Part shown: positions 54,823 to 64,000 of the stretch, in pieces
Numbering within the stretch: position 1 is the stretch's first letter
How the letters are laid out: every line of letters begins with the position of its first letter
Notes under the pieces: model-generated
Databases searched by the model: none
Told to the model about the DNA's origin: nothing
Seen by the model: the letters and a program-made list of their open reading frames with translations, nothing else
DNA from: Trichoplax adhaerens
Lineage: Eukaryota; Animalia; Placozoa
Direction: 5' to 3'
DNA: 64,000 bases
Assembly (NCBI RefSeq): GCF_000150275.1
Contig: NW_002060943.1
Span: 2,694,462-2,758,461 of the forward strand
Translations under genes and position numbers: made by a program

Positions 54823-57800
54823 TTCCTTTTCGTTGGGAAAGATTAATTGTAAGAATACTAATTTCTAGAGTTCCTTCAAGAACTAATTTGGTTAGTTTGC
54901 TTTAAGCAGAGTTGCGAATGAATATCGCCGATCGCGTATAAAAGATTATTGAAATAATTTACTCTAGCGCATAGAACTTAAACGCTTTCTGCTACTCTTT
55001 GAACTATCTTACACGAACATTACCAGCCCATGCGCTGTTTCCAAAACTAATATAAATGAATGCTTTCCATCTTACTATCAATCCCTTAAATAATTTTGAG
55101 GTTATATAATGTAAGGTCATTACCAAACGGAATGTAGTCTTATATTAGCTTTAGCAGCAATCTTCAGCTTCATAGACTCTTTATATCATAAGAAAAGAAT
55201 TGTACTACCAACTCTTGGCATGAGGTACTTTGTTGTGATGACACGTTGCTAAGTAGCATCAATTCCTCGATGTAGCAAAGTATTCTTGCACACCTAGGTG
55301 TCTTTGCTATCATTCATTCCATCAGTTACTCATGGGACTTGCATTAAAAAATAACAATACTAAAGAGCTAAATATAACATTATAATTTACAATTTGTTGA
55401 TCGCGATCATATCAAAATCTTTCTATTACATCTCTTTACTAATGTTGATGCACGTCATCCGTGAATGGGGCCCATTTTATTTGTCAAGAAGCGTAATCTT
55501 TGCTGACGGTTACATCATATCTACCTGTACTCCAAATTTATTAATATTTTCCTCAGTTCTGTTTCTTTAATTCTATTGGAATTGAATGTACTAATAACTA
55601 CTTTCATTACTGCATGAACACGATTTTGGGAACTTTTTATTCAAATGTATTTGTTTAAGCAATAACATTAAGGCAAGATTTAAATTAATACTCAAGATGC
55701 ATCATTACCCTTTATCGATGACGTCCGGTTTAAATTAATTATGTTTACATACAATACATAAGAGATACAAATTTATATAGTTGGACTATATTACGTAAAT
55801 ACTGTCGTTAAGGCGTCTCATAACGAATGAACTTTTGTTAGATAATAATAAGTTTCGATTCAATAGTCAACAAACATGTTAAAAAAATTTTTTGGCTTGA
55901 ACAGACTTACATATATATGTTAACATATTATTACCTCTGTAACGTAATTAATGGTTAGACATACATGTATTATAAAAATTTTCTGATCAATTTATCTTGC
56001 TGTTGAAAGTAAATGGGTAAAAATTAGCAATTTCTTGCAGCTGGTTGGGCTAGCTTCAACAAATAAATTCTTAGTTTATGCTAAGTAAGAATGTTAGCAG
56101 CTACGTTTATTTCATTTTGGGGAAAAGAATAATTGATTTGAATAATTAGATAGAGTTTCAGATTATTAATGACCGCTATAATTCTGTTGGATGAGACTGT
56201 AATAGAGATTGCAATTTTACTGTAACATTAGAATGAAGGAAGCAAAGTTACTAAGTAGATCAATGCCGGTGTATTAATGTGAATGATTACTTACAAAAAT
56301 TAAATTGCTCTGGCATAGATATTCATTTTTCGGTTGTATTATTCATCAATCTGTTTGAAATAAAAGTAACCTATGAGTGTAAAAGATACAAAGATTCTTT
56401 TAATCAATAAAAGAAATTTAATATTCATTTTATCAGATAAAGTTTACATGCAATAGGCATATACAATCTTTAATTTTGAATTCTACTAAAATATCTGATA
56501 CTAAATTTATTAAACCTTTGCATCAACAAATGGCCATTAGGTACGAGAAGTAGCCTAAAATTTGACTCGCTTGTCCACAGGATTTGTAACATTTAATCTA
56601 ATATAGAATAGTTTAAAATATTGCCAAGAGCTAGTGTTAATAATCAATTTAGTACCTGTCACAGAAACTCAGAAATCATACTGCGAGAGCACAAAAGCTC
56701 TTACCTACGAAAATTGCTTCCTATATTATGTATCATGTTTATACCGTGCCATTTTACTACGACATTGCCTAAATTAAGTAGTTCCGTTTCGTAAAATATC
56801 CAAGACTACTTTGAAGTTGTTTTAAGTGCAATCTTGATAAGTAAAACTGCCAAACGAGTTTTTTATTTCCATCATTCATATTGTAATATTAAAATTTTTT
56901 TATTTACTTACTGCATTAAAGGCAATTACGATACGATTAAGATACTTTTAACATAAATTCGATGGAATGTTACAGGTATAAGTATGATTTTATCATTACT
57001 GTTTAATTTTGGATTGAGATTGTCTAGAATAGATTCTTCTAATTCATCATGATTTGCCTGCTTCTTAAAGTTTTATCTTTAATTAGAAATATTTTATCCT
57101 AAAGCATATCAATTTCCTACTTAAAATTTAAAGCTAACTATCGATATCATCAACTATCATCAATGTCGTTTCAATCAGAAGAATTGGCGCTTAAGCATTA
57201 TTACAATTTTAAATTATATTAAAATTATATCTGATCGATCTCGTTTATGCTCTAATTTTAGATTCTTGCAATAAAACAAAATTCCTATCCTGTTCATCAA
57301 TCAACTAACATAAATGTTAAACTTATACAGCAACTTTAATGAATTTGTTGATTCGATTGGTTCTGTTACTATCAGCTCAATTTTTTTGGTTGTACTTATT
57401 TTTTTTAAAGATTAACAATAAGTAAAACAATTTTCTACCTCTTTATGGGCAGTCTCTAGTTGAAAGGTTTTAGTTTACAAGGGCGATATGGAGTGAGTGA
57501 TACAGCAAATATTTGATCATAATGATAGCTATATTTGATTGTGTTGGTAGCGATATTTGATATAGTTAAAGTTTCTAAGAATAGGTATTATCGTAGTGCT
57601 AATATTAGATTGCTAATTACTATATTATAAATTGGTGACGACTAGTATTAGCCAGTTGACTTGTTATGGTACAGTATTTATGTGACATGATATACTGTTG
57701 TTATGAAGATACCTAACACCGAAAGATACTGCACATTAATAGAAGAGTTGTGATATTTCAAGCAGATTGATTCAGATTGTAGGAGATGATGATGATCTAT

Positions 57801-60020
57801 TTAAGCAAAGTTATTCTGTTTGATGACTAAAGTCTGATTGTAGCTAATTATGTTATCGTACATGGATTTAACGAAATGTGTTTAAGAACTACGGAGATGA
57901 GCTTACGTTAGAGGTTTGACTTAACTTTGAGCTCAGAATATTTCATACTAGATTCATGAAGCAATCAATTATTGCTCTACTATCCCTAAACGTTATAATT
58001 GTGATGGAGGGTTCGATATCTCGGAGGATTGAGATTTAGTTGCCACTAACAATTAGTACACTAAAGGTTGCTTAAAAATTATACTTTATTTTAAGTAGTA
58101 AATTAAGTACAGTGAGGTAGTTACGGTAGATCAACGTGCAAGCTGCCGTGAGTAACATGTGAAGCCTAACCAGGAAACTAACGATTTTTGAGGTGGAAAT
58201 TAGCGGTATGTATAGTTTTAAAGATAGAGCACATGCAAAGAATAGGATTGTAGAATTAGATACAACATGTACCATAACAGGTTACAACATAGCTGATGAT
58301 CATAGCAAGCAGCGAGTACTGTAATACTAAATACAGTAGCCTATATATGAATGTGAAGTAAGCGGAATGTAAATATGTCTAAATATAAGAGCAATACAAC
58401 AAGTCTATATTTAAGGGTAGAATATAGTTACAGCATGTTCTAAATACACTACAATAATAAAGTCTTTATAGAAAATTTCATTTGACTACGACACTTTATT
58501 TGTGAGATACTTTTATTACACCACGCCAATTATTATGAGTATCTATCCTACCTCTTGTTAATAATGAAATCATTGTAGGGGTTCAAATTTCAAAATTATA
58601 CCGTAAGTAATCGTCTTTCTGAGCGCTGGTTAGAGTACTGTGCTAATAGTTTAATACTAACATGTTAGATTATTCTTACTCAATCCGACTGTCAACAATC
58701 TGGTTAAAAGACATGATCGGAATGTATGCTTTTATAAGAGTCTTAATCAATTTTACCCATATTGGGCTGGTCTTTAATAGCTCTTATGACATCATATGAC
58801 TGACATGTGCTAAGTTGAATATACTCATATAGAAATCATTCTAAAATTTCATCCGTATAAATAAACTGCTTTGTTTAAAATAAGGTATTAAAGCCTCACT
58901 ACTAGGCTAGTGCAGTTGGTATTTATGAAAATACAAGGATCTTTGACTGTTGGTATCTGTAACTACGTTTAAATCTCCATCTCAAAGAATACTGAACTAA
59001 ATTTCTTATTTCCCCAAATCTAGTACACTTGACTGCACGACTAATTGATATTCAACTGTAAGTACAAAGATTGTAAAGAGGACCAATAAGTAAATCAAAG
59101 TACTATCTGAATACAACAGTATACTGCAATTAATGAATCTTTAAAAGGTGTCGTTAGTTCGATTAAATCTAAATTATGTTGACTAGATATGTAACCTCTA
59201 CCGATAGTTTTCATACGATAACTTGAATAGGTAAATGCTGATATCATCTTGTATGCTTCAATAGATAACTGCATACTTTTGCAGAACCATCTAAATACTG
59301 ATGGAAATTTTTTGCGCAGATTCATTATAAGTTGACTGATTTGTAATATAGTTTCGGTTAATAGTATAGTCTGAGGAAATACATGTAGTGCACTGTGATG
59401 TCTTGATGATGGGAGATTATCAGAAAGAGAGCCATACCGTAGGTAAAATTCGGAAGGACAGTCCTGATAATGGGCTTATAGTATATATTTCCTTCCACAA
59501 TTCTAATTTTTTTGTTATGAGTTTGTAATGACCACTTTCAAGATAGCCTAAAGATCAGTATAATAGTGTAGATAACTATGCAGCATTACAGCATAGAGAA
59601 CTTATGTTATTACTCATTATTTACGACAATCATTATTCCATATGGTTGGCTAACCTCATAAACATAACTCCTCGTTTACTTTCAGTTACCCTCTATTCAC
59701 CTAATTAGTCTTCCAGTCATTCCTTTATATGGTTAAACGATCAATTTGAAGTCATAGTTTAATTTAATTTTAATATTTTTTTCTTAGCTATATTAGCTGA
59801 ACTTATGTTAAAAATATTTCAAGAGTTGAGAAAGCAATTTTTTACTTATAACTACATTATTTTAAAATAGTTGTACACATGTTTTATCGTAGGGCTGCAT
59901 TTTTATCGTTAGCTTCGTTGCAGTATTGGGTGCATAATCTATAGATTTTTTTTTTTGGAAAGACCGAATTTGATAGCATATTTAGAGTATATTGGAGTAT
60001 TGTGTCGAATAGTAAAAAGA

Positions 60021-62411
60021 ATGGGAGGTATTTGTTCGTGCCGTAAGAATGAGGTAATTAATTAGTAGAACATTGCTGATTATTTCTTGGATAGTTGTTA
60101 GTTGAAAATGATCATTATTGTTGGTACATAAAGTAATTCCTTTATTAATTGACTTTGACATATCAATTTTATTTTAATTTCAACCTATGATTTAACCTAA
60201 CTAAGTATGGTAATATGAATGTATATATATGAATTATAATAATAAGGAGCAACTACTGAGGGCGGAGTCTTACCTTGGAAACCCCAATCTTGAGATACAA
60301 GCTGAGGTAAATTATTCTGTCACTAGTTAATTATGGGACTATCACAGACTTCTCTTTTGATAAAGGATAAAGTAGAGTATTCAGCTCTTCTTAGTTGCTA
60401 TTGTCAAATTTATTTTAGTATATAGGCAGAAATCTACTACGACACAAATTTTTAATGTACTTTACTATTCATCAATCAAGATACATTTACAATGTGACGA
60501 AGACACTATTTGAACGAGTCCTTTACAAGTCATTAAGGATGGATTATTAGTATAACAAAATGTTAGAAGGAAGTCTTTATTTTTAATAATTGCTAATTAT
60601 TCTAGGATATAAAAATGGCAACAAATAATTTCTCGGCTGAGAATAGAATTGGTGCAGGCGCCTTTGGTGAAGTTTATCAAGCTGATCTGCACTCATTTGG
60701 CGTTGTTGCGGTTAAACGAATTAAGCAAAAATTTGTAAGTAAGTTTTTAACGGCATTACAATAGCGTATTTACTAGTTTTTTATGCAGTCAAGGCAATTA
60801 TGATGCAGATCAATTTCATTAATTTATCTATTTTTGACGATTCATTTAATATGTATCTCGATGATACGTTACAAATATGGTGGTAAAAGATATCAGTAAA
60901 TGATCGACGAGAATGTCAGCTTCTATTTCAGTAAGTAGCAACTACTTGTGTGTTTTTCCGCATCGTATTAATGAATTTAAGATGGATTATAGATGAAAGA
61001 TTGCGATAATAATCGTTTACTTCTAGATATACACATATTAATCTCATACAGTTGCATACCGGCTTGGTTGTTGATGGCCACTTTTGCATGGTGATGGAGT
61101 TTATGATCAATGGCAGTTTAAGATCAAGATTGCAAGCGAAGGTATGCTGATTCAATAAAAGTCCGGTTCTTCATTTGAGTAATTTCTTATTTCTAGGTTA
61201 ATGTAACTTCTATTAATGACCGTATTATGATATTGTAGTTGTACTAAAGTCAGAAATTTAGAATAGAATTGACAACAATTACATAAAAAATTTTGTAATA
61301 ATCAATTACTTCATCGATACAAGCAAATAATTCGTACTCGAATTTAGCGAATTATAATTGCTAAATATCTATAAATTTCAGGATGAAAATCTGAATTATT
61401 TAGTCAGATTACGAATTTGTAGAGGCATAGCCAATGGAATCAATTATCTCCATTCAGCATTTAGGACATATCTTGTGCATAGGGACATTAAGAGTGATAA
61501 CGTATTGCTTTCGGAAGATTACACTCCTAAAATATGTGATTTTGGCCTAGTAAAAATTTTCTCTTCAAAAAGGAATAATAATGTTAATAGTGCTGCCATG
61601 ACTGAAAATATATGCGGAACTCAAGCTTACTTACCCCCAGAAGCATTTGATGGAATAATATCACGGCGTCTTGATGTGTATAGTTATGGAACTGTACGTG
61701 CAGTATATTGATTTAGCAATGCATTAATAAATTTGCAGAGGCTCATAATTGAGATTGCTCTTTATCCCGAAGGTATTACTGGAGATTATATCAGGGAAAT
61801 CACCGCTCTTTAGTAATAAAGAAGGAATTCCATATTTGGTAAATCTATATTTATGCAGTATTTTAAGGCCATCTTACCAGCAGCATGGATGCACTTATAA
61901 TACTCGTATTATACACGAACCGATATTATTTTTAGATTCAACTACAAGATATTTCGAGATTAATTTAATGATTGATGCTTATGTTAGTTCGATTACAGAC
62001 TTAACTGGCTAATTTCCATCAGATATAGTTTTCTTTATAAATTACAATGATGAACGAATTTAGATATGACATATTATTATGGTAAATTGACTATCTCACA
62101 CTGCTGACGATACCCTGTTTATCATTAAAAATCGCTACTAGGCGGACTACTTTCTCTACTGTTACATACACCAAATATCAGCCTTTCCTATCGATAAAAA
62201 GGCCAACTGGCCTAAAGATTATACAAAGGAATTAATGAAGCTAGCCAATTGGTGTCTAAGACATAAATATGAAGATCGACCATATATGAAGGAGGTTAGT
62301 AGGGAGACTATCCAAGGTTTGATTTTGCCGTAATGATTACTAGATGAGCTTATATTATCTATTTATAAGGTGATTGAAAAGCTTTCAGAAATCGCTTCTA
62401 AGACAAAATGA
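60021..62411 (+). CDS. N-myristoylated IRAK/Pelle/RLCK-like active RD kinase K3
   Basis: Exons 60021-60053 ([11 protein letters not shown]), 60247-60306, 60606-60734 ([25 protein letters not shown]), 60890-60930, 61027-61141, 61382-61693 ([30 protein letters not shown]), 61773-61838, 62142-62294 and 62370-62411. Confidence 0.88.
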
Positions 62412-63144
62412 TTATCATGGTAATTATAAAAAATGAATGATTGCAGTAGCTGAAGAATTTACTCGAATAATTAAAATTACTAAAGAATACAAAATGATCT
62501 TTAAATCATTCAAGATTGAAATAATTATGATTTTTTTGTCATATATCAGCGGTGCAAATAGCTTCCGAAGTGTGGCAATTAATTAAATATTGTGTCATCA
62601 ATGATTTACTTTTATCGAGTAATTAATCATATGTTAACACCTAGCCATTAATAAACTATTATTAAATGTCGTAGAAAGTGTGTTGTGATTGTTGCAATAT
62701 TCAATAAGTAGACTTGGCTATGAATTTATTATTGCTTGCACCAATGAAGTTTGTGAGGCTATATAAAAGCCTCAAAGTTCTTAAGAATCAAAATTTTATT
62801 CTAAAAGCTACTTATTAAAATGACCGATTAAACTCACAACTTGCAATCTACTTCTAACAACTGATAACATTCTGCTATCGACTAACTTGTTAAATTCCTC
62901 AATCAACGTGAGTATTCTATCGTCTAAGACTCGAATCTGAGTTGGTAGATTAAAGAGTGCGTAGAGTTAGTTGCTTAGATAGTTAAGACTACTTTTGACG
63001 AAAGAATCTAATTAATTTTTGTCGTACAATCTCGGTTATGACATCGAGATAACGTAATTAATGAAGAGCTATGATAGAAACTGCATCGATTCAATGATAC
63101 GATGTGATATATTTTAATCGCTAAGTAGTAACTGAGGGTATAAA

Positions 63145-63915
63145 TTAGTCTTGGCTACTCTTTTGTTTCCATTTATCCAATACTTGCTTACATTTGGTAA
63201 ACACCTAAAAGTCAGGCAGGTAAATGGATTTGATGAGTAAAGTTGCTTTGTGATTTCCTGTAGAAGCCTTATTTTAATATTAATCAAGTCATACCAGTTC
63301 AATTTGGGGTCGTTCTTTGGCATTTTCAGCAAGGCACGCAGCAGATAAAGTAAGTAGTACTTTTCTTGGGCGATAAATATTAAGATAGTTAATATTTTTC
63401 TTCCATTTTATTCCTATATCCTTGAGGTATTTCCAGTTTTTGTAAGAAGTATTCAACAGATAATCTTTCTATTGATGAGATGAAATACGATATGCAATAA
63501 ATTAATATAACTAAGATAAAGACGGAGATGTACAAAAAATTTGTTAATTTTGCAAACACAATGAAAATTAAAAGAACTAACCAGTTGAGTTGGTTTCCTA
63601 TTGCTATCATAAATCGCCTTCCCAGAAACTACAACTAAACAGATCTAATTGAAATATGAAGCAAAAAGGAGTATTGATTAGATCTTATTACGTGTAATTC
63701 AATATATTCAAAGCTTAATCGCATTTCTTACTGCTCCAAAGCTGTATATATCGTTAGAATAATCGATCATTCCACGTAGGGCTTCCTCGCAAAAATAGCC
63801 AATCTTATCGACTTTGGAAGATTGAGCTAGCTGAATGTTCTTAGAACAATTTACCTGTATACATCCATCGGCCAGTTTTGCTGTTCCATTTTCGTTTATC
63901 AAAACATTTGTGCTG
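63145..63915 (-). CDS. 3' part of IRAK/Pelle-like pseudokinase K4 (DGC), paralog of K1; 5' end runs off the window
   Basis: Exons ~63732-63912 (NVLINENGTAKLADGC..IGYFCEEA..NDIYSFGA), 63582-63644, 63295-63468 (KDYLLNTSYKNWKYLKD..RPRK..ACL..ERP) and 63145-63204. Exon sizes and sequence parallel K1. Confidence 0.8.
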
Positions 63916-64000
63916 TTAGATAAAAGGAAAATTTTAATTATCCTACTAAATTCAAGTTATGGAGGAAATGATCTGGTTTACAGTAATCCACGCTAAATAG

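Noticed and set aside
34728-58014. Shared 15-mer tgtgatggagggttc at ~34728 and ~58000
   Set aside because: No flanking similarity, so it is insufficient to call a repeat or snoRNA.
60606-60734. Horizontal transfer of a plant RLK, suggested by [12 protein letters not shown]
   Set aside because: The motif is shared by the whole IRAK/Pelle/RLK family, and the introns and base composition look native. It would need phylogenetic support.

Overview
AT-rich (~68% by eye) eukaryotic genomic DNA with short GT-AG introns. The gene content and compact introns suggest an early-branching animal, possibly a placozoan (inference only). The first ~12.5 kb has no gene I can support. After it come: an intronless ADAM10/17-like metalloprotease with a truncated ectodomain; a 7-exon PCMT1, head-to-head with two tandem intronless HEXD-like GH20 genes whose catalytic motif is altered, with a triple inverted-repeat/CRE element between them; a multi-exon LGR (glycoprotein-hormone-receptor-like GPCR); and a MADF-BESS-like gene surrounded by degenerate tandem repeats. 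The window ends with four IRAK/Pelle/RLK-type kinase genes, the most striking system here. By manual splice reconstruction, one is an intact RD kinase and three look like pseudokinases. No death domain is visible. The divergent kinase/pseudokinase pair both start with an 11-codon exon encoding an N-myristoylation/palmitoylation signal (MGGICSC, MGCLFSC), an architecture like plant receptor-like cytoplasmic kinases. All exon models were read by hand and need RNA-seq confirmation.
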